Position numbers and translations under genes: made by a program. A stretch of 64,000 nt of DNA, taken from contig OX597821.1 of the NCBI GenBank assembly GCA_951406725.2, forward strand, positions 110,422,001 through 110,486,000, given 5' to 3'. The notes below the pieces were generated by a model that saw nothing but the letters and a program-made list of their open reading frames with translations, was not told the DNA's origin and searched no databases. This DNA comes from Octopus vulgaris (taxonomy: Eukaryota). Positions 42,870 to 60,058 of the stretch are shown piece by piece. The number at the start of each line of letters is the position of its first letter. The first letter of the stretch is position 1.

Positions 42870-45061
42870 GCATGCATATATTTCATAAATGCCAACACGC
42901 GAAACTCTTAACTCTTGGGCCACTCTGCTGCTTCTAAATATTAATAAAAATTTAAATATACTCTTATTTTGAGTTCTAATTTTTTATATATATTTATATA
43001 TTTCAATTTTACAGAAAAACAAATGTCTAAGGCAGGTGTAGGAACAAGATGTATTTGTTTGACACTTGGGAAAATTGGAGAAGTCTTTTACGTTTCGAGC
43101 CTACGTTAGTTGACAGAAAGGAATAAGAGAGAAAAAATGGAGAGGGAATGAAAAGAAACGGAGAGAAAAACTGTGTAGAGTTCAACGGTCCAGCATGGCG
43201 TTTGACTGGAAAAAGAGAGGTTGAATGAAAGGGAGATAATAATGGTGATCCTAACGAACTAAGTTGCGCAAGCGTGTGCACGTATGTGAGAATGGTATAT
43301 GTGTGTGTATGTGTACGTGTGAATAGATTGAGTGAGTCTGACGTGTGTGTGTTTGTGTGCGTGTGTATTGCGTTGAGTGTAGTAGTTGGTGTGTGCACAT
43401 GTGTATGTGTGTGTATGTGTGTGATTTCGGCGACTTGCGTGTGTGTCTGTATATATCGTTTGTGTTCAGGTATTATGTGCTTGTGTTGATGTGGGAGTGG
43501 GCACGATGGTAAGTGGTGTGTGTACTGAGTTAAACAGCTTGTGTGGCTGCTCGTATAGTGGGAGGCGTGTGGGAATCCGTGTGCGGTTGATATATACATT
43601 TATATATATATATAAACAAAGAAGAATTAAGAAGGAATCAGTAATCCAAGCCTAATACTTCTTAAGCTCTCGGTAGATGAAAATACATCAGGCTAACCAT
43701 TCCGTTATCAAGTTAAGAAGGGATATTGTAGCAAAGTGATACAGAAAACAGACAGAACCCATTATTTCTGCCTATTTACCCCCAACACACACACAGACAC
43801 GTGTGTGTATGTGTCTGTAGTTTATTATTAAAACTGAAAGACTATCTGGTGACTCGAGTATCACGTCTCTGCGAACTTCAGTGGGTGAAACTTAAGCAGA
43901 GAAAAAACCTCTCGCTTTCCGTAAGAAACCATATCTTCTACGACAGATATTGAACACCCTTCTCTCATCCGTCCGACAAAGAAATCATTGGAAAAAACCG
44001 TCGAAAAAAACCGGCCCAGAGCTTAATTTTCGTTTTAAATCTGGTATTTATTCCATCGTTGTCTTTCGCCGAACCGATAAGTTATAGTGACGTGAAGAAA
44101 CCAACAACGGTTGTCAAGCGATGCAAAGGCACAAAGACAAAGACACACAGATATGTGTGTGCGCGTGCTCTTGTGTGTGTTTGTGTGTGTGTGGTTGTGT
44201 GAAACGTGCTTCTACAAAGTTTTCGTCAACCAAATTCACTCACAAGACATTGGCCAGCCTGGGGCTTTAGTAGAGAAAAAAACCTGCCCAAGGTGTCGCG
44301 AAGCAGAACTGAACACGAGAATCTTTGTGGTTACTGTTTACAATTATCTTTTAAATAATGTTTTAATGTGTCAAAATGATGTAATTTTTGACGTTGAATC
44401 CGAATTTGCTTTTCATTTATTCCAGAAAAATTTTGCAAGAATGTTACAGGTGTTCAAAGTCTGATCATTTTTAGAATTTTCAGCTAATCAAAAACACAGC
44501 GCGTTCGTTGCCCTTTCCATTATCAGCGGGTGGAGGCATTGGCATGTCAAAACATTGCTACTTCCTCTGTACACGTATACACATGCACACATCTACTCAC
44601 ACAGAGTTGAAACGCTGTTTGATTTTTCTTTTCAGCGTTGAATGTTCACCATTCCATTTCCATTGACATACACATACAAACATTCACATCCCTCCATTTT
44701 ACACATATACTCACACAGTGTTGAAACGCTCTCACTACCAGCTTGCCATCACCCTTTCTTCTTTATTCATCTATCACCCCTTCCTTTCTTATTCATCTAT
44801 CACCCCTTCCTTTCGCATATGTTGAGGAGGTGAAAAACCCAAGAGTATTATTATACTAAGAAGATTATCTTTCTCCTATCTCCTTCTACTCCTTGTGCGC
44901 ATGCACAGAATCTTTAGTTACTATAGAAACAGAACTTTTCGCGGAGGTGATGTGTAAAATATTCGCTTCTGATTGGCTAAAATACCAAAATTTTGCAAAT
45001 TTTAAAGGCTACTAACTTTTTAATTATGGATGTATAGGAAAAATTAATTTCATACTCTCTC

Positions 45062-45490
45062 TATTACTCTTTTACTTGTTTTAGTCATTTGACTGTGGCC
45101 ATACAAGAGCACCGCCTTTAGTCGAGCAAATCGACCCCTGGACTTATTCTTTGTAAGCCTAGTACTTATTCTATCGGTCTCTTCTGCCGAACCGCTAAGT
45201 AACGGGGACGTAAGCACACCAGCATCGGTTGTCAAGAGATGTTGCGGGACAAACACAGACACACAAACATATATACGCACATATATATATACATATATAT
45301 ATACATATATATATATACTTATATATGATAGGCTTCTTTCAGTTTCCATCTACCAAATCCACTCACAAGGCTTTGGTCGGCCCGAGGCTATAGTAGAAGG
45401 CACTTGCCGAAAGTGCCACGCAGTGGGACTGAACCCGAAAAATTGTGGTTGGTAAGCAAGCTACTTATCAAACAGCCATTCCTACGCCTA
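45062..45490 (-). mobile_element. SINE group A, full length
   Basis: Head TAGGCGTAGGAATGGCTG...GGTTCAGTCCC, central domain, internal (TA/TG)n, 3' AAACAAGTAAAAGAGTAA. Confidence 0.9.
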
Positions 45491-45666
45491 TAGAATATTT
45501 AAACATATTCATAATTAGTATACAAAACTTAACCCATAAACCAAATTTGAAAAAAATTGGAACAAAATTGTAAAGAGTCACGAAAACCACTAAGGTCCGA
45601 ACCCGAAACCTGGCGCTTCCAAAGTGAGTTTCTTAAACTGCACAGCCATAACCACGCCTCCATGGG

Positions 45667-45864
<198 letters not shown>

Positions 45865-46427
45865 TCTCAACTTATCAGCGTTTTAAAATCTGGAAGCGAA
45901 GAAACGTGCATAATGCCCGCTCACGTAGCGACGCCTAATCCGTCCAGCCACCTTTGCTACACATCACCAACCAACTCATCAGCCAGCCGGTCGATCAACC
46001 GCTTAACCAATCACCCAGACAGCAGGCAAAAACCTATTGATTATTCAACCAATCAAAAACGATCATTTCCAACTTATGCAAAGTAAGCTCTCTATTAGGT
46101 TGCTGTTAATATGTATCCCGCTCTAATCCTTTAATATTTTGCTGTTCAGTTGTTTTGCTTTGTTTTTGTTTGCGAATTTCTTTCTTGTATGGAATTTAGT
46201 TACAGTTGTGGTGTGTATGTATGCGTGTGTGTGTGTGTGTGTCTGTCTGTCTGTCTGTCTGTGTGTCTGTCTGTCTGTCTATCTGTATGTCTGTCTGTCT
46301 GTCTGTCTGTATGTATGTATGTATGTCTGTATGTATGTATGTATGTATGTATGTATGTATGTATGTACGTACGTAGGTACGTAGTACGTATGTATGTATG
46401 TATGTATGTACGTATGTACGTATGTAG

Positions 46428-46700
46428 TGAAGGCGCGTGGCTTAGTGGTTAGGACATTCAGCTCACGATCGTAAGCCCGTGAGTTCGATTCCAGGCGGCG
46501 GCGCGTTGCGTCCTTGAGCAAGACACTTCATTTCACATTGCTCCAGTCCACTCAGCTGTTAAAAATGAGTAGTACCTGTATTTCAAAAGAGCCAGCCTTG
46601 TTACGCTCTGTGTCACGCTGAATCTCCCTGAGAACTACATTAAGGGTACACGTGTCCGTGGAGTGCTCAGCCACTTGCACATAAATTTCACGAGCAAGCT
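46428..46700 (+). mobile_element. SINE group B (tail type 2)
   Basis: A box TGGCTTAGTGG, B box AGTTCGATTCC, GTCCTTGAGCAAGACAC block. Confidence 0.85.
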
Positions 46701-47629
46701 CTTGTATGTATGTATGTATGTATGTATGTATGTATGTATGTATGTATGTATGTATGTATGTATGTATGTCAGGTCGCTCTTTGGCGCTATTGGCCACATG
46801 TAGCCTACTACAACCTGTTGCATGGTCGGGTCGTCGACAACTAAACTGGCAATAACATCAAGATTGCTTGGAGAGGAAGGTGATAGATGGACACCCTGCA
46901 GGACGGGAAATAAGACCTGTCAAAGAGTGGAAGATCTCATGAGCAGTCAACGCCCATCCAACAATATGTCTACATGTGTGTGTATGCATGTATGTATGCG
47001 TGGGGACGTGGAAGTACATGGGTCGGTGTCCGGATGGCCGTAGCCTTCGCACATGTGGGAGTTTCGATCAAGCGATGACGATACTGGAAAACGAGTTTGC
47101 GGCCATCATATATATGTATGCATGTATGTATGTGTGTATGTATGTGTGTATATATGCGTGTATGTGTGTATGTATGTGTGTATGTGTGTGTATTTGTGTA
47201 TCTATGTATGTATGCATGTGTGTATGAATGTGTGCGTATGTATGTGTGTATGTATGTGTGTGTATGTGTGTGCAATGCATGTATGTATGTGTGTATGTAT
47301 GTAAGTATGTGTGTATGAATGTATGCATGTGTGTATGTATGTGTGTGTATGTATGTATGTTTGTATGTATGTGTATGTATGTGTGTGTATGTATGTACGT
47401 GTGTGTATGTATGTATGCATGTATGTAATTGTGTGTATGTATGCATGTATGTATGTATGACTGTGTATGTATGTAGGTATATATGTGTATGTATGTAAGT
47501 ATGTATGTATGTATTATGTGTGTATGTATGTATGTATGTATGTATGTATGTGTGTATGTATGTATGTATGTATTATGTATGTATGTATGTATGTATGTAT
47601 GTATGTATGTATGTATGCATGTACGATTT

Positions 47630-47990
47630 TTTTAGTTTAATTTAAGTTTTTTTAGAGAGTTCACACCGGACGTTAACAGAGCGATTGGAAATTTTGAGTG
47701 AAGAGAGTCCCCGGTGTTTGTGAATATGTGGTTGAGTTGCAGAACTTTTGGAACGACTTACAAATCTTCACTGTGCCACTACTAGATTGGATTTGGAGAA
47801 TCCGTGTCAGTTTCTTCTGCTCTTATTCCAAGAAAACGAGTGTTTCTAGGGTTTTGAGCAAATTAGTTGGTACTTTACCTGATGCCCCTATAACGACAGG
47901 TTCAAATGAGAATGTATGAATGTGTGGCAGTATGTCAGTGTTCAGTTTTATTTCAAACTTTGGAAATTCAATTGGAATTTCAACATGTTT
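47630..47990 (-). mobile_element. RLE LINE 3' end, third family (CRE/NeSL-like), A-rich tail
   Basis: Minus strand reads FSFEPVVIGASGKVPTNLLKTLETLVF...KKLTRILQIQSSSGTVKICKSFQKF. Confidence 0.6.
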
Positions 47991-48024
47991 GTATATGTGT
48001 ATATATGTGAGTCCGTCTATGTAT

Positions 48025-48037
48025 ATTGTTGCTGTTG

Positions 48038-48068
<31 letters not shown>

Positions 48069-48490
48069 CGGTGGTGGTGGTGGTGATGGTGGTATTGGTG
48101 GTGGTAGTGGTTGTGGTAGTTGTGGTGATGGTGGTGGTGGCGGTGATGGTATTGGTGTTGTGGTTGTGGTAGTGGTGGTGGGAGTGGTTGTGGTGGTGGT
48201 ATTGGTGGTGGTAGTGGTTGTGTTTGTGGTGGTGGTTGTGGTGGTGGTGGTGGTGGTAATTGTAATTGTGGTGGTAGTGGTAGTCGTGGTGATGGTGGCA
48301 GCGGTGGTATTGCTGGTGGTTGTGGTGGTAGTGGTGATGGTTTTGGTGGTGGTAGTGTTTGCGTTTGTGGTACTGGTTGTGGTTGTGGTGGTGGTGGTGG
48401 TTGTTGTTGAGGTGGTGGTGGTAGTATTGGTGGTGGTATTGATGGTGATAGTGATTGTATTTGTGGTGGTGGTGGTGATGGTGGTGTGGG
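48025..48490. repeat. Degenerate (GGT/GTT)n triplet repeat
   Basis: Directly visible; source of poly-Val/Gly and poly-Pro/His ORFs. Confidence 0.9.
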
Positions 48491-48825
48491 CGTTGTCATG
48501 GTAGGATACATGTATGTATGTATGTATGTATGTATGTATGTATGTATGTATGTATGTATGTATGTATGTATGTATGTATGTGGGTGAGGGTGTACGTGTG
48601 TGAGTGAGTGTGTGTTATGCTATCATTATTGATACCTCTCATCACGCTCTTGTTTTCGATTCAATTGCATCGATCGAATGTAAAAAAGATAATATGCAAA
48701 TTTCCTTTCAACAAGAATTAATTGATCGATTTTCAATTCCTGAAACTTACAATTGACAAATTATTTATTTTTCATTTGCGATTTTATTTCTCATCATCGC
48801 TTCCATTTGTTTCACTATTATTATT

Positions 48826-48881
<56 letters not shown>

Positions 48882-49054
48882 TATTATTATTATTATTATT
48901 ATTATTGTTGTTGTTGTTGTTGTTATTATTATCACGATTATAGTTGCTGTTGTTATTATTATTATTGTTATTATCGACATTATTATTCGTGTTATTATTC
49001 ATATAATGATCATTTTGTTGTTATTGATTTGATATTATTATCAATATCCCCATT

Positions 49055-49116
<62 letters not shown>

Positions 49117-49120
49117 CATC

Positions 49121-49207
<87 letters not shown>

Positions 49208-49784
49208 GCTAATCGACATCACGTTTTTCTTTTATTTTTTTTAAGATTTGCTCATCTTATTTGTATTTATTTATTCATGTTTACTTTTGTTTTCTTGGTT
49301 CCCGCTGTGTTCTCATTTTTATGGTAATTTGGTTGGTTTTTCTCCATTATCACTTGTAGAAACAGCGGTTCCATGGAAAATAAGGATAGAATAGGATAGG
49401 AATACAGAATGGCAAACTTCCTGTTCTTCGTCTCTGTAAATAGACATAAGAACTCAGTATTTAAACAGTCGGAAGAAAATCTGCAATATTTCGCGATTCT
49501 AAATCGACACCAGTATTCTTATTTTTATTTATTTGGAGTGCGGTAATCTTCTATCGGTTTCTTTTTGTCGAACCGCTAATTTACGGGACGGAAACAGGCG
49601 TGGCTGAGTAGCTGTGTGCGTGATTGTGTGGTAAGAAAGCTTGCTTCTCGATTAGATTGTTGCGGAATCAGTCCTACTGCGTGACACCAAGCAAATATAA
49701 ATTTCTCATTTATAAATTTCTTTTCTTCTATATCTAAATAGTCATTTACTCCTCGTCTGTCTCACTGATTCTTTCCCCTCTCAT

Positions 49785-50090
49785 TCCGTGTGCAATACCT
49801 TGCAATGTCACCAGATGATGATCTATAGAGCCATCCCCACACCACCCGATTGCATTACAAGGTAATGCACGGGCACAACACTCAGTGAATTTAAGGATAG
49901 GTATACACAGCATATACACTCTTTCAGGTGCAGGAACATGAGTACATTTGTACTGCCTGTCTCGTTTCATTTAGAAACCCTGCAACCATCAGAAACAACA
50001 CAAAGAAGACTGCAAGGTCTATTTTAATAGCAGCGGAAAGTGCCCTGTTATGCAGCCGAGAAAAGAACATTAAAACATTTTCATCATCCA
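49785..50090 (+). pseudogene. Highly degraded PLE GIY-YIG relic (different clade)
   Basis: MIYRA...TGTTLSEFKDRYTQHIHSFR...LCSREK resembles the PLE endonuclease pattern VIY.A...YIG.T..FK.RY..H..SF...LC..EK. Confidence 0.5.
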
Positions 50091-50094
50091 GACG

Positions 50095-50463
<369 letters not shown>

Positions 50464-50849
50464 ACATATGTGCCTAAATGAAAAGATCACCAAAGTAAAA
50501 CAGGAAGACACATAGAAGGATAGCAGAGGGAATTAAAAAGAAAGAAAGACAGAATTAATAGAGAGAATAGAACAGAAGGAAGAGAAGAATCAGACAAGAC
50601 AATCAACGTGAAAGTGAATGAAATATACAAGAGATTTATTTATTTCACAGATGAAACACTCAGCATATAAACGTGATTTATTTGAGAAGTATGGAGATTA
50701 ATTCAAGATGGACAGCGTTGAAATTAGAAAGAATATATAAAAGCGAAAGACATAAACAGAAATGCTGAGAAATATGGATGGACAGAGGGGAAAGAAAAAT
50801 AAGAGAGGGAATGATCAGTGTTTCGAAAGTAAAACAAATAAATGCAAAT

Positions 50850-50902
<53 letters not shown>

Positions 50903-50915
50903 TAGACAGACAGAC

Positions 50916-51008
<93 letters not shown>

Positions 51009-51135
51009 CATAGATAGATCCAGTTGAAACTGATTATTCATTCCAATGCTCCTCTTAAGAATTTTGTCACTTGAATTGTTTCTATAGACTGACATTTTCA
51101 GTAACGATGGACTTAATCACCAACTCGGATTGGCT

Positions 51136-51218
<83 letters not shown>

Positions 51219-51304
51219 TCTCCCACCACCGCTTGACAATCAGTATTGGTGTGTCTACGTATATATATATATATATATATATATATACTACTACTACTAC
51301 TACT

Positions 51305-51628
51305 ATGGCACTCCGTCGGTTACGACGACTAGGGTTCCAGTTCATCAAATCAAAGGAACAACCTGCTCGTGAAATGAACGTGCAAGTGGGAGATTCAGCG
51401 TGACACAGAGTGTAACAAGGCTGGCTCTTTGAAAATACAGGTACAAGAGAAACAGGAAGACAGAGTTAGAGAAAGCTGTGGTGAAAGAGTACATCAGGGT
51501 TCGCCACCAGCCCATGCCGGAGCGTCGTGGAGTTTAGGTGTTTTCGCTCAATAAACACTCATAACGCTCGGTCTGGGAATCGAAACCGCGAGGTTGCTGC
51601 TCTAACCACTGGGCCATTGTGCCTCCAC
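51305..51628 (-). mobile_element. tRNA-headed SINE sharing the group B type 2 tail
   Basis: Minus-strand head GGAGGCACAATGGCCCAGTGGTTAGAGC...GGTTTCGATTCCC; tail shared with 60495-60808. Confidence 0.75.
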
Positions 51629-52006
51629 ATATATACATATATATAACAAGCAATGACACAGTATTTCGTTTTGCAGCCATAATATACTACCAAGCATATT
51701 AAAGGTTTACGAGTCAATATGGCGTGTTACTTTTTGTGTCAGCAGTGCGATATTCTTATTTTAAGCGATAAACTAAAGAATTCAGAACCAGCGCTGTAAT
51801 TTACGATGTTTCGCATATGAATGCACCTATGTAAATAATTTTGGTCATGAAAAAGCAAGAACTCTTGAAACATACATATGCACAATTCATCTATTTTTCC
51901 TATCTTCCATTGCATTTTTTACATTGACGTAGTTGTATGCGAAACGTCAAACCTTACAGAGCCAGTTCTGAATTCAATAGAAAATATATACTTTATCACT
52001 TATATA

Positions 52007-52041
<35 letters not shown>

Positions 52042-52048
52042 ACCTACC

Positions 52049-52115
<67 letters not shown>

Positions 52116-52403
52116 AATGCATATATACATATATACATTACAATGAAAAGTGAGGGTGCATGCGTGTTAATATGCTTAAGTTATTACACCTGGAAAAGTA
52201 CAGAACACGATTTCTACAGTAGAATTTCATTGCAATCCACTTTTTTCCCCATTCAATGCAATAAAACTAATAAATATTTTTTTCTTAAAAAATATTTGAA
52301 TTATTTTTCATTGTTGATGATTGAATTAAAATAAGAATTTTATGTTGTGTCTTTTTTTAATTTTCACATATTTCTTTCTTAATTGCTAAAAATAAGAAAA
52401 TGT

Positions 52404-52680
52404 TATATTGTGTCTGGGGAGAGTCAATTTCTTTTTGTGCCTTATATTATAACACACACACCGGTAAAATCTCCATTTTTTTCTTATTTTTATTTTCCTA
52501 AAATTTTCGTTGCGTCTTGCAACCTTTTCAATAGAAAAAGCCAAAACTATTGAAAAGGTTACAAGACGCAACGAAAATTTTAGGAAAATAAAAATAAGAA
52601 AAAAAGTAGAGATTTTGCCGGTGAATGTGTTATAATATAAGGCACAATAAGAAATTGACTCTCCCCAGACGCAATAGAAT
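52404..52680. repeat. Fold-back inverted repeat, same family as 15135-15416
   Basis: Arms meet at CAACCTTTTCAATAG...CTATTGAAAAGGTT. Confidence 0.85.
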
Positions 52681-53510
52681 ATACTTCAACACACGAACTC
52701 CCATAAAGAATCTTGCAAACCAAATCCCAAAAACAAAATGTTATCTGGCAGGATTTCGTTGCATTGGCTAATATAGAAAGGGTTTTTAAAATGCAAAAAT
52801 AGCCAATGCATCCACCGTATGGCACGAGGAGCCACAACACTCTTCTTGAACTAAATAAAAACAAAATATTTACACAAAAACAAAAAATTTAAGATTTGAA
52901 TTTGCTTTTAGGCGTTACCACTGTTTTCGGCACATTTGGCCCCAGTAGTTTTTTGGTTTCGTATTTATTTTTTTCGATATAATTGACCTCATCGGATTCC
53001 TCTGGAGATCTACCAGAAAGGTTGAATTTAAATAGAGTTTTCTTTTAAAATAATAATATTTGTAATCAAAGTTGATTTCAGGCATTAATCTCATATTTTT
53101 TCGAGAATTTTTACCTCGGTACATTTTTCTACTGAATACTTTTGCATATAAGTAACATGGATAGATTCCTCTCACCAAGATCTATCATAAATGCTAAAAT
53201 AAAATATAGATTTCTTTAAAAACAAAATATTTGGACTCAAAATCGATTTCAGGCGTTATTCTCCCGTTTTTGACCTCGCATATTTCACTGACACTTTTTT
53301 CTACTGAAGCAATTTTCAAGTTTCGTAGCTCAATATGTAGCTTAGGACGCAACCAAAGTAAAAAGGTAAGATTCATCTAATTTGGATAAAAACAAAACAG
53401 TGTTAGTTACAAAGCCTAGAAATGGTCGGAAATGAGTAAATGTTGATCTTAAGAATAGTATTCACACACTACAGAGTGTGAAAGATACATATACATATAT
53501 ACATACATAC

Positions 53511-53674
<164 letters not shown>

Positions 53675-53679
53675 ATATG

Positions 53680-53712
<33 letters not shown>

Positions 53713-53735
53713 ATGTGTGTGCGTATGTATGTCTG

Positions 53736-53786
<51 letters not shown>

Positions 53787-54192
53787 CGGCATAGGCGTTG
53801 CTGTGTGGTGAGGTGTTTGCTTACCAACCACGCAGTTCTGATTTCAAACCCACTACGTGGAACCCTGGGCAAGTGTCTTCTAGAATACCACCGGGTGAGG
53901 TGCTGAAGCCTTGTGAGTGGATTTGTTAGAAGGAAGCTGAAAGAAGCACTTCGTATACATACGTATGCGTGTGTGTATCCTTGCGTCTGTGTTTGTCCCC
54001 CAGCACCGCTTCACAACCGCTATTGGTGTATTTTCGTCCCCGTAACTTAGCAGTTGGCACAAAAGACCAATGAAATAACTATGAAAAAAATATGAGTACT
54101 TGGGGCGATTCGTTCTACTAAAATTCTTCAATGCGGTGTTACAGCATGGGCACAATCTTATGGCTGAAACAAGTAAAAAAAAATAAAAGATA
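53787..54192 (+). mobile_element. SINE group A, full length, diverged
   Basis: GGCATAGGCGTTGCTGTGTGG head through GAAACAAGTAAAA tail. Confidence 0.85.
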
Positions 54193-54796
54193 TAGGAATT
54201 TTCAGTTCTACTGAGAAGCAAATATACGTGGAAATTCTTTTTCAAGCAAGTAATTATATTAAATAATTATCATAAGAGATATTAGGGCAATATATTCTTT
54301 TTATCACACAAAGTGAATGATATATAGCTGTAATCAGTCTGTTTCAGTGTATCGTACCTCATTAATTCAAAATGCTAGATAATCCATTAATTATATTATA
54401 CACAAAACGTTCAAAACAAAAGATGTTTAGAAGATTTATTTAAGATTATGTTACCTCGTTTTCAGAAATAAAAAGAACAAAAAAAAATAAACGACGAATT
54501 TGAAAAGATAAATGATGAAATTATATAAGTGTGTTGTTGTGTTGTTTTGAAACAGAAGAAGAATTAAACGTAATGACAACGTCTGAAGACTGAAGAATTA
54601 ATGTTGTTCGTTCTTCGGATATTGAGAAAACTACAGAAAACTTACCCTGTCAGTTATTTTCCTCTCGATTTCAGCTCACCTAAGTATTCTATTTATGTAT
54701 GTTTGAAATGCGAGCAGAACAACTAAAATACGTTGTCTCAACGTTTGTTTGACGATTATCGTGTGTGCACGTATGTATGTATGTATGTATGTATGA

Positions 54797-54838
<42 letters not shown>

Positions 54839-54851
54839 CTCTTTTACTGTA

Positions 54852-54924
<73 letters not shown>

Positions 54925-55470
54925 CTTCACATATATATATATATATATATATCTTATAAAATCCGTTCTGTCTGTGTGTGTGTGTCTTTTCGGATCTCGG
55001 GCATCCTCCATCCGATTGTGCCCAAATTTGATATGTAGAAACCGACGGTATCAGGCTGGAATAAGTCTTGGAAAAATTACAAAAATCGATTCCAGGTGAG
55101 AATGCGATCGATAAAGCCGTTTTTGTCCTGCTTTCTTTCCGTCAACCTGTACATAACTGCACCTTCATGTTTTGCTGTTTTTGTACTGCTTAAAGGCACG
55201 TTTCTTTCCTCCCAAGATTACTGTTTAAACAATGTTTGTGTTCTCCCAGTCAACAGCCTTATCATTATTGGTACTTTAAACTCTTCGGTTGCATATTTGT
55301 GTGAATAAAATCGTTTTTCTTTGGAACAGAAAAAAATCTATCTTTATTTCTTCTTTTGCTGGTGTCTCAAATTTAGGTTAAATCAGTGTTTCTCAAAGGG
55401 GAGACCTATGGGACGGTCGGACAAGTTGTTTTGAGAAAATTTGGTTTAAATGTTGACAACTCAGCACCGT

Positions 55471-55529
<59 letters not shown>

Positions 55530-55799
55530 CATACATACATACATACATACATACATACATACATACATACATACATACATACATACATACATACATGGAC
55601 ACCAGGCATATAAAAACTACTTGCCCTGCCCGCTTAAAAGAAGGCGGCGGGGCGATTTTCCCAATGGATTTAGTCCCACACGGGACAACAGGTGTTCGAC
55701 ATAAACCCACAGGTCAGCAATACACGGGCACTGGAAGAGTACATGCAGGAAAGTTTTGTCGTCCTGTGCGCAGCTCGGACATCCTCGGCTAACGACACT

Positions 55800-56630
55800 T
55801 CCCTACTGGTAGAGTTTATCTCGAACAGGTAAAGCTTTCCGGTAGCACTGCCAGGCCAGGGATTTCTGGAAGTTATCCATGGGTCTCGAGCCGTAAGATC
55901 TCCGGAAGAGACAGGTTAGCTGATCATCTTTGATGTCCAAGGGCCCTCCAAGAACGTCGTCGAAATTTCCCACCAGTAATCGTCTATAAAACGCTAAAGT
56001 GCATTTTCCACCTATCGTAGGGATAGACTGAGCGCTTGAAGACATTCCACTTTCTAAGTACCTTCTCTCGGTCTCTGTTTGATCTAAGACTGTATCTCCG
56101 CCAGGGAGACCAGCTGGGAAACATGTATCTGGTGAACGGCGGCCACACCTGTTCACCATCAAAGAAGCGCTGAAAATGTCGCAGCCTTAGCGTATGTTTG
56201 CTCATCATCCGCTACGGTATGCCCGGTCCACCCTGCAGCGGGTGCTGATAGCAGACAAACCGCTTGACCATTGGAACACGCCGATTCCACAAGAAGCGAA
56301 AGAGGGTACGTTCCAATACAATCATGGGGAATTGGCACAAGGAACGGCAGCAGCCAAGCGGTTGTAGATGATGGATGCGATGTTCGTGTTATCTACCTCT
56401 GCCCTATCTTTCAGTGATGGCTTCCTCTCGGCCCATTTATGAGTGAGAGTAGTCACCCTACTCGATAGCTCATCCTAGTTTTTGGAGGTCCGGACTAAAC
56501 CAGATCCCGAACAATTTAACTGGTCCGTCTGTCCAGCACCCAAGGACACAGTTGAACGACATGGATTTGCCTCTCCAGGTGCCGAGCCGCAATCGCACTG
56601 ACTTTTCCTGATTAATCTTCGCTTGATACG
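55800..56630 (-). mobile_element. L1/Tx1-clade LINE ORF2 relic (RT C-terminus to zf-RVT start)
   Basis: INQEKSV.LRLGTWRG...KLFGIWF...WAERKPSLKDRAEV...LFRFLW...HPLQGGPGIP...SLAWQCYRKALPVRDKL; stops and frameshifts. Confidence 0.85.
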
Positions 56631-56639
56631 CCAGCAAAG

Positions 56640-58365
<1,726 letters not shown>

Positions 58366-58764
58366 AGTTAGGAACATGTATGCGTTCAATCAAATAATAA
58401 TAACAGCATAAATGACATCGAAGACAATAAACGTGTAGAGAACAGATTAGGAAGACCTAGCCAAAACCATCGTACAGCCTCAAGTTATGAATGCTCTAAT
58501 TCACTTAGCGGAAAAACTCATAGCAAATAGATCCGATTTTAACTTCAAAATTTGGGATAATTGCCTTTTATAAGCTTGTTGCCAGAGATTTAATGTAGTT
58601 TGTATGTTCACGGTCCGTAATGCACTCCTCCAAGATTCATATTGGAGCTACTATTAGCTTCAAGCAAAGATAGACTGCGTGTTTAAACTCGTTTAAATAT
58701 GATAAAAATAGATCTACTTCTCTCTCCGAACATATACACTATCTTAGGAACAAGTACATAAGAC

Positions 58765-58812
<48 letters not shown>

Positions 58813-58938
58813 TACGTATAATAAGGGGTGACTACTAAGTGGACATCCAATATGCTAGAAGAAGAACATCTACGATCTAACTACAAAGAAAATAATTTTC
58901 TCTAGAGAAATTCAGCAAACACCAGAACAAACATTTCA

Positions 58939-58969
<31 letters not shown>

Positions 58970-58980
<11 letters not shown>

Positions 58981-59294
58981 GAGGGCATTATTACACATAA
59001 ATGCCTCACACTAAGAGGGACATAAATCATTTCTACCAAAAATTTCACTAATCATACCCAATGCAGTTTTTCAAAGCAAAACATTTAAAAAATGAATTTA
59101 GTCCTATATCACCTGTGATTTCGCACTCACCGCATGAGTGCGAAATCACAGGTGATATAGGACTAAATTCATTTTTTAAATGTTTTGCTTTGAAAAACTG
59201 CATTGGGTATGATTAGTGAAATTTTTGGTAGAAATGATTTATGTCCCTCTTAGTGTGAGGCATTTATGTGTAATAATGCCCTCTATATAATATA
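58970..59294. repeat. Perfect palindrome (about 160-bp arms, 5-nt loop CCGCA) after (TA)n
   Basis: ...CCTGTGATTTCGCACTCA CCGCA TGAGTGCGAAATCACAGG...; no mismatch seen by eye. Confidence 0.95.
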
Positions 59295-59437
59295 AATTAA
59301 TATGTTCAAAAGAAAAAATTATTTTCGAATTTTTTCTCTTATGAGGTTTTTCACGCTATCTACCTGATAATTTCTTGTTAAGATTCCTTATTAAGAGGTT
59401 ATCCTTAATTGTTAAATTTATATATATATATATATAT

Positions 59438-59703
59438 ACTTTATAATTAGGGTTCAGCAAAGATTTGCTTCACCACATACCGAAGTTTAGAAATAGCAGT
59501 CAAAAAACCTTAGCTATTTCTTCTACTTTAAAAGGGACTCACAGAAACACCAAAATACTTGAAAACAATCTACGCAGGCAAAGAGAAAAAATAACGAAAA
59601 TCAATCCCTTTTAAAGTAGAAGAAAAAGCTAAGGTTTTTTGACTGCTATTTCTAAACTTCGGTATGTGGTGAAGCAAATCTTTGCTGAACCCTAATTATA
59701 AAG
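59438..59703. repeat. Fold-back inverted repeat (about 100-bp arms) after (TA)n
   Basis: CTTTATAATTAGGGTTCAGC...TTAAAAGGGA is mirrored by TCCCTTTTAA...GCTGAACCCTAATTATAAAG. Confidence 0.9.
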
Positions 59704-59803
59704 TATTACTTGAGTTTACCGTGAAATGGTCTTTTTTCATGCCGAATTCTACTTGGTGAAATTACTGATTACTTCTTAAATTGATAAATTTTACCCTTTG
59801 TTA

Positions 59804-59835
<32 letters not shown>

Positions 59836-59837
<2 letters not shown>

Positions 59838-60058
59838 TTATTACCCACAAGGGACTAAACATAGAGAGGACAAACAAAGACAGACAAAGGGCTTAAGTCG
59901 ATTACATCGATCCCAGTGCGTAACTGGTGCTTATCGACCCCCGAAAGGGTGAAAGGCAAACTCGACCTCGGTGGAATTTGAACTCAGAACGTAAAGACAG
60001 ATGAAATACAGCTAAGCATTTCATCCAGCGTGTTAACGATTCTGCCAGCTCGCCGCCC
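59836..60058 (-). mobile_element. SINE group C
   Basis: Reverse complement of head, core and tail 1. Confidence 0.85.

Noticed and set aside
43845-43902. Hammerhead-like CTGGTGA...GAAAC-TTAA-GCA
   Set aside because: It has a palindromic loop, but both the core and the cleavage triplet are mutated and the stems are weak; too degenerate to call.
47920-48511. Poly-Val/Gly and Pro/His-rich ORFs resembling low-complexity proteins
   Set aside because: A degenerate (GGT)n repeat open on both strands, abutting a LINE relic and (TATG)n; no splice or domain support.
54638-54685. Possible minus-strand mini-exon ending AGG|GTAAGT
   Set aside because: A single donor-like motif with a weak acceptor is expected by chance and needs RNA-seq support.
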